Shown: in pieces, positions 15,983-25,899 of the stretch
How positions within the stretch are numbered: position 1 is the first letter of the stretch
Layout of the letters: each line of letters opens with the position of its first letter
NCBI GenBank assembly: GCA_022615475.1
Contig: JAKEGQ010000104.1
Span: 1 to 38,551, forward strand
Source: Candidatus Methylomirabilota bacterium
GTDB taxonomy: Bacteria; Methylomirabilota; Methylomirabilia; Methylomirabilales; CSP1-5
Direction of reading: 5' to 3'
DNA: 38,551 nucleotides
Notes under the pieces: model-generated
Told to the model about the DNA's origin: nothing
What the model saw: only the letters and a program-made list of their open reading frames with translations
Databases searched by the model: none
Translations under genes and position numbers: made by a program

Positions 15983-16996
15983 TCACCCCAGCCGTAAGAC
16001 GAGCGGGAGAATGCCGGCGGTGAGCAACGCGGCCAAGAGCGGCGTGAGCACCCACCCGAGGGCAATGAGGCCCAGCACGGGCATCTTCATGGTGTGGAGG
16101 CCGCGGGCGAAGCCGATCCCTAGCACCGCTCCAATGAGGGCCTGAGTAATTGAGACCGGGATGGCAGGCAGGACGAAGGTGCCGATCTTCCACGAATGGG
16201 CGAAGAAGTCCACCGCGACGGCCTCGGCGAAGACCGCAATGAAAGCGCTGAAGGCATCGAGCCTCATCAGGTCGCGGCCGACCGTGAGCATCACGCGGTA
16301 CGAATACGTGGCCGCCCCCAGCGCGATCGCCAGGCCTCCCAGGGTCGCCAGCATCCGGGACTGAGAGAGGGTCCACGGCCCGAACTGCACAGGCGCGAAG
16401 AGGTCGAGCCGAGCATAGACGCCGACGACATTCGCCAGATTGTTCCCCCCGAGCGCCCACGCCCCGTAGCAGCCGGCCGCGATGAGGCCGAAGCGCAGCC
16501 ACCGGTCCAACGCGAACAGTGGCATGGGGAGTGAGCGAAAAATCAGTGCGGTGAGCTTATAGGTGCAGAACGCCACGGTCGCAGCAAGAACGGGGCAGGC
16601 CGCCCAGGTCAGGATGATGGTCCAGAGCAGGCGCCAGGTGGCGGTGTCCAGGCTGCCGACCATCATGAGTCGGTACCCGATCAAGGCGCCGACCACGGCC
16701 TGCGAGGTGGAGACGGGAATGCCGAGGCGGACCATCGCGGCGATGATCACGGCCGGCGCGACGGCCGTCGCAAACGCCCCCGGGAGCGTTTCGATCTGTC
16801 CCAGGGCTCCCAGGGTCTCCATAGCGGCCGGACCGTTGACGAGGCCGCCCAGGACGACGAAGACGGCGCAGAACCTCGCCGCAGTGGCGAAGCGGACCAT
16901 GCGCGAGGCGACGGCGGTCCCGAAGACGTTGGCGGCGTCGTTGGCCCCCAGGGACCAGCCCAACAGGAGCCCGCTGGAGAGCCAGGCGACCATCAC
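15983..16996 (-). CDS. inorganic phosphate transporter, PiT family
   Basis: Contains GANDAANVFGTAV and a second GGNNLANVVG repeat. Polytopic membrane protein. Confidence 0.9.
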   Translation of the reverse strand: MMVAWLSSGLLLGWSLGANDAANVFGTAVASRMVRFATAARFCAVFVVLGGLVNGPAAMETLGALGQIETLPGAFATAVAPAVIIAAMVRLGIPVSTSQAVVGALIGYRLMMVGSLDTATWRLLWTIILTWAACPVLAATVAFCTYKLTALIFRSLPMPLFALDRWLRFGLIAAGCYGAWALGGNNLANVVGVYARLDLFAPVQFGPWTLSQSRMLATLGGLAIALGAATYSYRVMLTVGRDLMRLDAFSAFIAVFAEAVAVDFFAHSWKIGTFVLPAIPVSITQALIGAVLGIGFARGLHTMKMPVLGLIALGWVLTPLLAALLTAGILPLVLRLG

Positions 16997-17688
16997 AGCA
17001 GCCGTTTGAGGGCCCAGATCATGATCTCATCCCCCCGGTCCTCCGCCATGTCGCAGATCGAGCCCAGGCGATCGAAGAAGTGGTTGAGCTGGAGCTTTTC
17101 GGCCAACTCGAGGCTGCCGTCGCCGAAGATCAGCTTCAGGGCCTGGTGTTCCACCAGATCCCCCTCGTGTTCCAGTTGCGATAGTTGCTGGACGCTCTGC
17201 CGGACCAGGTGGGGCTTGTTGAGAAACGCGCGGCTCGTCTGGGTCAGTACCTGGACGATCCGGGTCCCCCGATCGGTGAGGTCGGTCACGCTCTGATGCA
17301 GGTTCGGGGGGATCCGGAGCCGTTGAAGCAGCATCTCGCGCGTAATGGCCTGCATACGGTTCGGGATCTTGTCGAGCCCTTCAAGCAACGCCAGGATGTC
17401 GTCCCGGGTATCCGGCAGCAGTCGGTGCCCGTAGATGTGCTCCTCGATGGCGCGACGGAGCGTGTCGAGGCGGTTCTCTATCTTGTTGATCCGCTCAAAG
17501 GCGCTGAGGAACTCCCCTTCCTCTTTGGCGAGGTAGGCTCGGATCGCCTCGCGCATGTCGAGCGCGATGGCGTCCAGGTTGGCGAGGTATTCGTCGAGGT
17601 CGGCCTCGATCTGCCGTTGCTTGGCGCCGAAGAGGTCTTTGAGAAAGTTCCGCAACGCTCGATCCCACTCCGGAGGGCCAAACGTCAT
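16993..17688 (-). CDS. DUF47-family (PhoU-like) phosphate transport regulator, PiT-associated
   Basis: About 230-aa helical protein directly upstream of PiT, overlapping it by 4 nt. This is the typical DUF47-PiT pairing. Confidence 0.8.
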   Translation of the reverse strand: MTFGPPEWDRALRNFLKDLFGAKQRQIEADLDEYLANLDAIALDMREAIRAYLAKEEGEFLSAFERINKIENRLDTLRRAIEEHIYGHRLLPDTRDDILALLEGLDKIPNRMQAITREMLLQRLRIPPNLHQSVTDLTDRGTRIVQVLTQTSRAFLNKPHLVRQSVQQLSQLEHEGDLVEHQALKLIFGDGSLELAEKLQLNHFFDRLGSICDMAEDRGDEIMIWALKRLL

Positions 17689-17813
17689 TGGGCTTGAAAG
17701 ACCGCTATCGGCAAGAGATACTATGCAAAGCGTCGGACCCTGGCAAGAAAGAAAGGGGTTGACGAAGTGGGGAGGACGCGGGAAGCTATGTCATCCCGGG
17801 AGGGAGCGCAGGA

Positions 17814-18689
17814 ATGTCCATGGCGAAGAAATTGAGAGAGCTGTTCGCCCAGCCCAGCCTCGTCCGGATGGTCGGAGCCCATGACGGCCTCGGGGCCAAG
17901 CTCGTCGAGCGGGCCGGATTTGACGGCGTCTGGTCCAGCAGCCTGGAGGTCTCCGCGTCCCACGGCATCCCGGACGCGAGCCTCCTCTCCATGACTCAGT
18001 ACCTCGAGGCGGCTCGAAGCATGGTCGAGGTGACCTCGATCCCCGTGGTCGTGGATGGGGATACAGGCTATGGGAACGCCAACAACGTCTTCTACACGGT
18101 CGAGCGGTTTGAGGAGGCGGGCGTCGCTGGCATCACCTTCGAGGACAAGAAGTTCCCCAAGGATAACAGCCTCCTTCCCGGGGGCCGCCAGGCCCTCGCC
18201 GGCGTAGAAGAGTTCGCCGGCAAGATCGAAGCAGCAAAGGCAGCACAGCACTCCCCGGACTTCGTCGTGATCGCACGGGTCGAGGCGCTGATTGCCGGCT
18301 GGGGGCAGGAGGAGGCACACCGCCGGGCCAGCCGGTATGTTGAGGCGGGCGCCGACGCCATCCTGATTCACTCCAAGGCGGCTGATCCGGAGGAGATTCT
18401 CGAGTTCGTGACCCGGTGGGAGGGTCGGGCGCCGTTGGTCCTGGTGCCGACCATGTATCCGAGTCTCACCGAACAGCGGATTGAGGCGCTCGGCAAGGTC
18501 AAGATGGTCATCTACGCTAATCATGGTCTCCGCGCCGCTATCCGCGCCATGGAAGAGGTCCTGGCCAAGATCCGCCAGGACGGGGGTATCCACGACCTCG
18601 ATCACCTGCTGGTACCCATGAAGCATGTCTTCGACCTGCAGGATGTCCCCAAGATGAAAGAGCGGGAGCAACGGTTCTTGCGTGATTAA
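17814..18689 (+). CDS. pepM: phosphoenolpyruvate mutase (PEP phosphomutase)
   Basis: Isocitrate-lyase/PEP-mutase fold (GAHDGLGAKL, DGDTGYGN) plus the diagnostic EDK-X5-NS motif, EDKKFPKDNS (nt 18141-18170). The start could be ATG 17820, which has better SD spacing. Confidence 0.85.
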   Translation: MSMAKKLRELFAQPSLVRMVGAHDGLGAKLVERAGFDGVWSSSLEVSASHGIPDASLLSMTQYLEAARSMVEVTSIPVVVDGDTGYGNANNVFYTVERFEEAGVAGITFEDKKFPKDNSLLPGGRQALAGVEEFAGKIEAAKAAQHSPDFVVIARVEALIAGWGQEEAHRRASRYVEAGADAILIHSKAADPEEILEFVTRWEGRAPLVLVPTMYPSLTEQRIEALGKVKMVIYANHGLRAAIRAMEEVLAKIRQDGGIHDLDHLLVPMKHVFDLQDVPKMKEREQRFLRD

Positions 18690-18725
18690 AGGCCCCGAAA
18701 GACCCCCCCGAAGCATTTTCAGCCG

Positions 18726-18737
18726 CCCCCCCCCCCC
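18726..18737. repeat. poly-C homopolymer (12 nt)
   Basis: C12 at 18726-18737. A C7 run lies at 18703-18709. Both are in the pepM-SDR spacer. Confidence 0.9.
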
Positions 18738-18908
18738 GATTCCACGCTGACTGAAAGACTTGACAAATGCAGATTTTATGGTACAAGGCGTCAATAGGCC
18801 TCGTCTCTAATTCTGGCCCCAGAAATGCATAGTAAGGCTTCGGATAATGCTATGCATTGCTGCATAGCGTAGTAAGCCACCGGCGCCGGGTGCGGGGAGG
18901 GATGCTCG

Positions 18909-19670
18909 ATGAGGCTCAGGGGAAAGGTCGCCGTAATCACCGGAGGTGCTCGGGGAATCGGACGGGCGACGGCGGTCCGTTTCACCGAGGAGGGTGCCCA
19001 CGTCGCCGTCATCGACAGGGACCCGGAGGCGGGCGAGGCCGTGGTTGTCGAGATCACCAGCCGAGTCACCGGGCCGCGGAACGGGTGGCGCACGCCCCTC
19101 TTTGTGCGGGCCGACGTGACCAAGCGCGAGGAGGCGCAGCGCGCGATGCAAGAGATTCATGGGCGCTTCAAGCGCATCGACGTCCTCCTCAACAACGCCG
19201 GCATCGTTCTCGACGCTCAGCTTGCGAAGATGAGCGAGGAGCAGTTCGACACGGTGGTCTCGGTGAACCTCAAGGGGACCTTCAACTGCACGCAGGCGGT
19301 GGCGCCGATCATGATCGCACAGGGGAGCGGCCGGATCATCAACGTCTCGTCGATCGCGGGGCTCTACGGTAACTTCGGTCAAACGAGTTACGCGGCCTCG
19401 AAGGCCGGCGTGATCGGCATGACCAAGGTCTGGGCGCGCGAGCTCGGCCGCAAGGGCATATGCGTCAATGCCGTCGCCCCCGGCTTGGTCAGCACCGATA
19501 TGCTCAACGGAGTGCCCGAAAAGGTCCTGCACCAGCTCAATGGCAAGATTCCGCTTGGCCGGATGGGACGGCCGGATGAGCTGGCAGGAGTCTACGCCTT
19601 CCTCGCCTCGAAAGACGCCGGATACATCAATGGAGCCGTCCTCAGCGTCGATGGAGGGATGATCATATAG
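18909..19670 (+). CDS. SDR-family oxidoreductase (FabG-like)
   Basis: Contains TGGARGIGRA, NNAG, S-x-YAASK and the PG motif. It has an unusual insertion (EITSRVTGPRNGWRTP) after the second beta strand. Confidence 0.9.
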   Translation: MRLRGKVAVITGGARGIGRATAVRFTEEGAHVAVIDRDPEAGEAVVVEITSRVTGPRNGWRTPLFVRADVTKREEAQRAMQEIHGRFKRIDVLLNNAGIVLDAQLAKMSEEQFDTVVSVNLKGTFNCTQAVAPIMIAQGSGRIINVSSIAGLYGNFGQTSYAASKAGVIGMTKVWARELGRKGICVNAVAPGLVSTDMLNGVPEKVLHQLNGKIPLGRMGRPDELAGVYAFLASKDAGYINGAVLSVDGGMII

Positions 19671-19695
19671 GGGGATGCCTGGGGCCGCAGGCGAC

Positions 19696-20391
19696 TCACG
19701 CGGCGGCCGCCTCGTGATGGAGGAGGACCCGGGCATCAACCACGCTGAGGCCCTTTTCGTAGACGATGATCGGATTCAGGTCCATCTCGGCGATCTCCGG
19801 GTTCTCTTGGCCCATCCGTGAGACCGTGAGGAGCAGATCGGCGAGGGCCGTGAGATCGGCCGACCTGCCTCCCCGAATCCCCTGCAGGATCGGGAATGCC
19901 TTGATCTCCCGGATCATGGCGACCGCATCCGGTTCGGTCAGAGGGACAAGCCTGAAGCTGACGTCCCGATAGACCTCGACAAAGACCCCCCCCAGGCCAA
20001 ACATCACCACCGGTCCGAACTGGGCGTCCTGCGTCAGACCGGCGATCACCTCGGTGCCGGGTGGTGCCATGCGCGCAATGAGGATCCCCTTGAGGGCCGC
20101 CTTGGCCTGCCGGGAGCGCTCCACGATGTGGCGGTACGCAGCCCTGACTGCGGCTGCATCGTTGAGGTTCAGCAGGACCCCACCGACTTCGGTCTTATGC
20201 AGGATATCCGGCGCGACGATCTTGGCCACGACCGGATAGCCGACTTCAGCCGCTGCTTCCTCGGCCTGTTCGGCCGAGCTGACGAACCGGTGGCCGGGGA
20301 CCGCGACCCCGTACGCCGCGAGTAGTTCATAGGCCTCCGGCTCGAGGAGATTTCGACCTTCCTGCATCGCTTTGCCGATCGCGATCGTCAT
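19696..20391 (-). CDS. acetyl-CoA synthetase (ADP-forming), beta/ATP-grasp subunit
   Basis: ATP-grasp_5-like: LLEPEAYELLAAYGV, YPVVAKIVAPDILHKTEVGGV. Confidence 0.8.
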   Translation of the reverse strand: MTIAIGKAMQEGRNLLEPEAYELLAAYGVAVPGHRFVSSAEQAEEAAAEVGYPVVAKIVAPDILHKTEVGGVLLNLNDAAAVRAAYRHIVERSRQAKAALKGILIARMAPPGTEVIAGLTQDAQFGPVVMFGLGGVFVEVYRDVSFRLVPLTEPDAVAMIREIKAFPILQGIRGGRSADLTALADLLLTVSRMGQENPEIAEMDLNPIIVYEKGLSVVDARVLLHHEAAAA

Positions 20392-20399
20392 GCGCCGTC

Positions 20400-21737
20400 C
20401 TATCGCAGCAGTTCGCTGAGCGCCCGGATACCCCGTTCAGGCGTGGGAAAGACCGGGATCCCCTTCTGGTGAAAGAGGAGCCGCTCTTGCCGTTCGACCT
20501 CTGCCCCCCCCAGGTAGATGACGAGCTGCAGAGGCTCCGTGCCGACCACCTTTGAGGCGCCGGGGATCGGATCGCCAAAGATCAGGCCGACGATGTCAAA
20601 GTGGGGGCCGGCCGCCTCGACCACCTGTCGGTACATCTCGGCGTTGGCGTCGCCAGTGAGATCGAGGGGGTTCGCCACGATGCAGTGCTTTGGCAGGACT
20701 GCCCGGAGTTTTCGCGCCACCTCCTCGGGAAGGGGGACGACATCCAGCCCGGTGTTCTCTGCCATGTCGGTGGCCAGGATGCCGGAGCCACCCGAACTGG
20801 TCACGATGAGGAGGCGCCGGCCCCTGGGGCGGGGGAGATAGGCAAGCGCCTTGCTGAAGTCGTAGAGCTGCTCCAGGTCGTCAGCCCGATGAATCCCGAG
20901 CTGACGGAAGACCCCCTCGTACACCTCATCCCGGCCGGCCAGGGACCGGGTGTGCGATTCGGCGGCCTTGCGCCCTTTGGGGGTCCGCCCCGCCTTCAGG
21001 ACCACGAGGGGTTTCCGACATTGCCGGACGGCCTGGAGGAACTTGTGCGCGGCCTTGACCCCCTCCATGTAAATGGCGATGGTCCTCGTGTGAGGGTCCT
21101 GGGCAAAGTAATGGATGAGATCGGCCTCGTCTACGTCCGCCCTGTTACCCAGACTCACGAACGTAGATACCCCCAGCTCTTCCTGAGAGGCCCAGTCCAT
21201 CAGGGCCGCCCCGACGGTCCCGCTCTGGGAGACAATGGCTACCCCACCGCGGCGCGTGAGGAGGGGCCACGAGGCACACAGGGGATGGTGGGGGTTATTG
21301 ACCCCCTGACAGTTCGGCCCGATGACGGCCACGTTCGACTCCCGGGCCGCCTGGAGGAGCTTGTCTTGCAGCGCCTCACCCTCTGGCCCGGTCTCACTGA
21401 ATCCGCCGCTGATCACGATGGCCCCTTTCGCCCCACGCTTGCTGCACTGCCGAATGGTGTCGGCTACGAGGGGTGCGGGGATGATGATGGTGGCCAGATC
21501 GACCTCAGCAGGAATGGTGTCAATGGAGGGATAACACGGGCGGCCGAGGATCTCGGTCGCTTTGGGATTGATCGGGTAGACCGTGCCGGGAAAGCCGGCC
21601 TCAAGGATGTTCCTGAAGATCTGGTAGCCGAGTTTCTCGGGCGCGGTGGATGCCCCGATCACGGCGACACTCCGGGGGCGGAAGATGGCCTGTAGGGACT
21701 CTCGAGACTTGAAGGAAGGGGATCCGTCGGCGGGCAT
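20400..21737 (-). CDS. acetyl-CoA synthetase (ADP-forming), alpha subunit (CoA-binding plus succinyl-CoA-synthetase-like domains)
   Basis: Contains FRPRSVAVIGAS..., VYPINP, GPNCQG and SQSGT motifs. Confidence 0.85.
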   Translation of the reverse strand: MPADGSPSFKSRESLQAIFRPRSVAVIGASTAPEKLGYQIFRNILEAGFPGTVYPINPKATEILGRPCYPSIDTIPAEVDLATIIIPAPLVADTIRQCSKRGAKGAIVISGGFSETGPEGEALQDKLLQAARESNVAVIGPNCQGVNNPHHPLCASWPLLTRRGGVAIVSQSGTVGAALMDWASQEELGVSTFVSLGNRADVDEADLIHYFAQDPHTRTIAIYMEGVKAAHKFLQAVRQCRKPLVVLKAGRTPKGRKAAESHTRSLAGRDEVYEGVFRQLGIHRADDLEQLYDFSKALAYLPRPRGRRLLIVTSSGGSGILATDMAENTGLDVVPLPEEVARKLRAVLPKHCIVANPLDLTGDANAEMYRQVVEAAGPHFDIVGLIFGDPIPGASKVVGTEPLQLVIYLGGAEVERQERLLFHQKGIPVFPTPERGIRALSELLR

Positions 21738-21972
21738 GGTACCTCTTCACGAGAGGATGTGGTCTCGCCGACGCCTGCCGGTCGAGCCAGGACGTCAATC
21801 ATACGAACCGTGCGAGTGGCCCAGAGTATGTACCATGGGGACGGGGAGGTGTCAAGGGATGAGCGGCAGGGGTGAAGAGGGGTGTTTCCTTGTGCGACCG
21901 CGACACGTTGGGTTATGATGGCTTCGGGCGCCTTCGACTCGTGCGAAAGTCTCGCGACAGGAGATCGAAAAC

Positions 21973-23052
21973 GTGGAGCGCTTCACCAGCGCGCAGGTGA
22001 ATTACGAAGACCTCCTCGAGAGCCTGCAGGATGGCTTGGTGGTCGTGGACCGCGGCCTCCGCGTCACCTTCCTCAATCCGGCCGGCGAAGAGCTGCTGGG
22101 AGTATCGGCCGCCACGGCCCACGGCAAGCCTTTGGCGAGCCTCTTGGGAGCCACCTCTCCCCTCATCGCCCTCGTGGATCGCGCCTTTGAGACCGGGCGG
22201 GCCCATGCCGAGCATGAGGCCAGTGTGCAGAATCCGCAGGGGAAGGTCTCGGTGAGCGCGATGGCCTCACTCTTGTCCGATCACAACGGAGAGGCCCGGG
22301 GGGGTGTCCTCCTCCTTCGGGATCTCACGCGGATTCGAGAACTCGAGGAACAGGTCCGCCGGGCGGAGCGCCTAACGGCCGTGGGAACGCTGGTGGCGGG
22401 CATCGCGCATGAGGTACGTAACCCGTTGATGGGGGTACGGGGGGCTGCGCAGCTCCTCATGGTTGAGTCGAGCTTCCCTCCCGCCCTGAAGGAATATTGT
22501 GACGTGATCATCCGCGAGGTAGACCGGCTGAACGGGCTCGTCGAGGGGATGCTCGCCTTCGCCCAGCCGAGCCCTCCTCGTGTTGTGGAGTGTAACGTCA
22601 ACCAGATCCTCGAAGAGATTCTCGCCCTGGAGGAGCGGGTCCTCCGCCATCGGCGTGTCACGGTCGGGCGCATCTATGATCCTCAAGTCCCATCCATCGC
22701 TGCCGATCCCGACCAGATCCGGCAGGTCTTTCTCAATCTGATTCGGAACGGGGCCGAGGCGATGGAGGGGGGAGGAGAGCTCACCCTGGAGACCGCGTAT
22801 GAGCGCCGCTCACCCCGATGCTTCGGTCTCTCGGTGGCGGTGGTCAAGGTGATCGACCAGGGTTCGGGCCTCTCACCCGAGGCCCGGCAGCACCTCTTCG
22901 ATCCCTTCTTCACCACCAAGCCGAAGGGGACCGGCCTCGGCCTCGCCATCTGCCACCGGATCGTGGGGGACCACCGGGGCCACATCGAGATTGGAGACGC
23001 CGAGGGTAGGGGATGCGCCGTGACTGTCCTTCTGCCGCTGGCGAAACAGTAG
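21973..23052 (+). CDS. ntrB: soluble PAS-domain sensor histidine kinase, NtrB-like
   Basis: No TM segments. One PAS domain, H-box HEVRNPL, N-box LIRNGAEA, and G-boxes DQGSG / GTGLGLA. GTG at 21973 with AGGAG 9 nt upstream. Confidence 0.75.
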   Translation: MERFTSAQVNYEDLLESLQDGLVVVDRGLRVTFLNPAGEELLGVSAATAHGKPLASLLGATSPLIALVDRAFETGRAHAEHEASVQNPQGKVSVSAMASLLSDHNGEARGGVLLLRDLTRIRELEEQVRRAERLTAVGTLVAGIAHEVRNPLMGVRGAAQLLMVESSFPPALKEYCDVIIREVDRLNGLVEGMLAFAQPSPPRVVECNVNQILEEILALEERVLRHRRVTVGRIYDPQVPSIAADPDQIRQVFLNLIRNGAEAMEGGGELTLETAYERRSPRCFGLSVAVVKVIDQGSGLSPEARQHLFDPFFTTKPKGTGLGLAICHRIVGDHRGHIEIGDAEGRGCAVTVLLPLAKQ

Positions 23053-23145
23053 ACCGGGGACCGGAGACCGGAGACCGGAGACGGGAGACCAGCGACCAGG
23101 GACCGGAGACTCTAGTCTTCAATCTCCAGTCTCAAGTCTCCAGTC
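23052..23145. repeat. heptamer tandem-repeat dyad between ntrB and ntrC
   Basis: GACCGGG GACCGGA x3 GACGGGA GACCAGC GACCAGG GACCGGA (23052-23107), turn GAC-TCTA-GTC, then TTCAATC TCCAGTC TCAAGTC TCCAGTC (to 23145). This is close to the reverse complement TCCGGTC. Confidence 0.85.
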
Positions 23146-23162
23146 CAGATGCGGGAGCACAC

Positions 23163-24608
<1,446 letters not shown>

Positions 24609-24847
24609 CGAATGGCGATTGCCCCCCTTCCCCTGCCACCTTGCGTCGCCCCCCAGATGGAGTAGCAATGGCACTTGGCCCGTTGGGCACCGGGTCTTGT
24701 TTCACACGATTCGAGAATTCTCGAAACCCGGGATCGGACCAAAGAACACATTCAGGTCTGGCAGTTCAAGTTCGCTGGCGGGAGTCTCCCATGCGTCCCA
24801 AGGGAAAACAGGGAGACGAGAAAATTCTTCGGAAGGGGAGCGAGGCC

Positions 24848-25342
24848 ATGGGATCGGCGCGGGCCGTTTTTTTAGCGGCGAGTCTTTTGTTCGTGAATCC
24901 CGCAGGGGCCGATCACGGCATCGGCGTGCTGGCGTCCGCGTATGTGCCGCGGAATGCAGATGAGGCAGCGATTGTCCGGCTCATCCGGACCGTCGGGGAA
25001 GGTTGGGAACGCAAGAATGTGGATCAGATCATGTCCGCCTATGCCCCGGATGCGACTCAGCGCGCATGGGACAACCCCGACGTGACGCGCGATTATGCAG
25101 GCATCAGAAACGAGGCCCTGGGTGCCTTTCGGGACCCTGACCTCGGAGAGGTGCGCTTTGATGACTGGATTCACCGCATCTCTATCGCCAATAACACGGC
25201 TGCCGTCGAGATAAACGAGAGGTTTCATGGCTGGAGCCGGGACCACTATTACCGGGACGTGTGGATGTTTGTCCGGCGCAAGGGTCAGTGGCTGTTGTTT
25301 CGTTACGATTACGAGCCCCAGCCACCCTTTCTGCCTCAGTGA
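24848..25342 (+). CDS. secreted SnoaL/DUF4440-like (NTF2-fold) protein
   Basis: ATG at 24848 is preceded by GGAAGGGGAG. Signal-like MGSARAVFLAASLLFVNPAGA, then IVRLIRTVGEGWERKNVDQIMSAYAPDA, typical of the NTF2-like fold. Confidence 0.55.
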   Translation: MGSARAVFLAASLLFVNPAGADHGIGVLASAYVPRNADEAAIVRLIRTVGEGWERKNVDQIMSAYAPDATQRAWDNPDVTRDYAGIRNEALGAFRDPDLGEVRFDDWIHRISIANNTAAVEINERFHGWSRDHYYRDVWMFVRRKGQWLLFRYDYEPQPPFLPQ

Positions 25343-25368
25343 AACAGAGATTCCGGCGCGGGGGATCC

Positions 25369-25827
25369 ATGAAACGTCCGGTGGCCATCGCAGCGGGGCT
25401 TCTAACTGCTGTGGTGCTCGGTTGTGGGTCCCACGGCGAACCCACGAGAGGCAGGCGTCTTGAAGGGCAAGTGTTGGAGAGCGCAACCTACAAACCACTG
25501 CATCATTCTGAATCAGTAACCCTGCAACGAGGGGCGTATTCACAAGGGCACGAGACGGTCAATCTTGAGGAGGTACGTGGCTACGGTGATCTGAATGCCG
25601 ACGGCGTGGAGGATGCAGCAGTGGTTTTGGTGAGATCCGGTGGAGGAAGCGGCACGTTCAAAGAGATCGCCGCAGTATTAAATCATAATGGTGTTCCGGT
25701 GCACGTTGCGTCTGCCGATTTGGGGGATCGAGTCAAGGTGGAAGCCATCGCAGTAGAGTCTGGCAGAATTCGGGTACAGCTGATCGTGCACGATAAAAAT
25801 GACCCTATGTGCTGTCCTACGAAGTGA
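25369..25827 (+). CDS. putative lipoprotein, function unknown (atypical codon usage)
   Basis: ATG at 25369. Signal plus lipobox MKRPVAIAAGLLTAVVLGCG. Many A/T-ending codons, unlike the neighbouring genes. Confidence 0.55.
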   Translation: MKRPVAIAAGLLTAVVLGCGSHGEPTRGRRLEGQVLESATYKPLHHSESVTLQRGAYSQGHETVNLEEVRGYGDLNADGVEDAAVVLVRSGGGSGTFKEIAAVLNHNGVPVHVASADLGDRVKVEAIAVESGRIRVQLIVHDKNDPMCCPTK

Positions 25828-25899
25828 GGCACCTGGGAGTACCGGTTGCAGGAAGGCAAGCTGGTGAAGATGCAACCCTCATCCTAATCTCTGGAGAAT

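Noticed and set aside
17721-17745. Sigma54-like element on the minus strand upstream of the DUF47-PiT operon (GGTCCGACGCTTTGCA).
   Set aside because: The GG to GC spacing is one nucleotide too long, and the -24 region lacks CAC.
24668-24700. Sigma54-like strings TGGCACTTGGCCCGTT and TGGGCACCGGGTCTTGT downstream of ntrC.
   Set aside because: The first lacks a TTGC -12 element at the required spacing. The second has spacing off by one and GT instead of GC.
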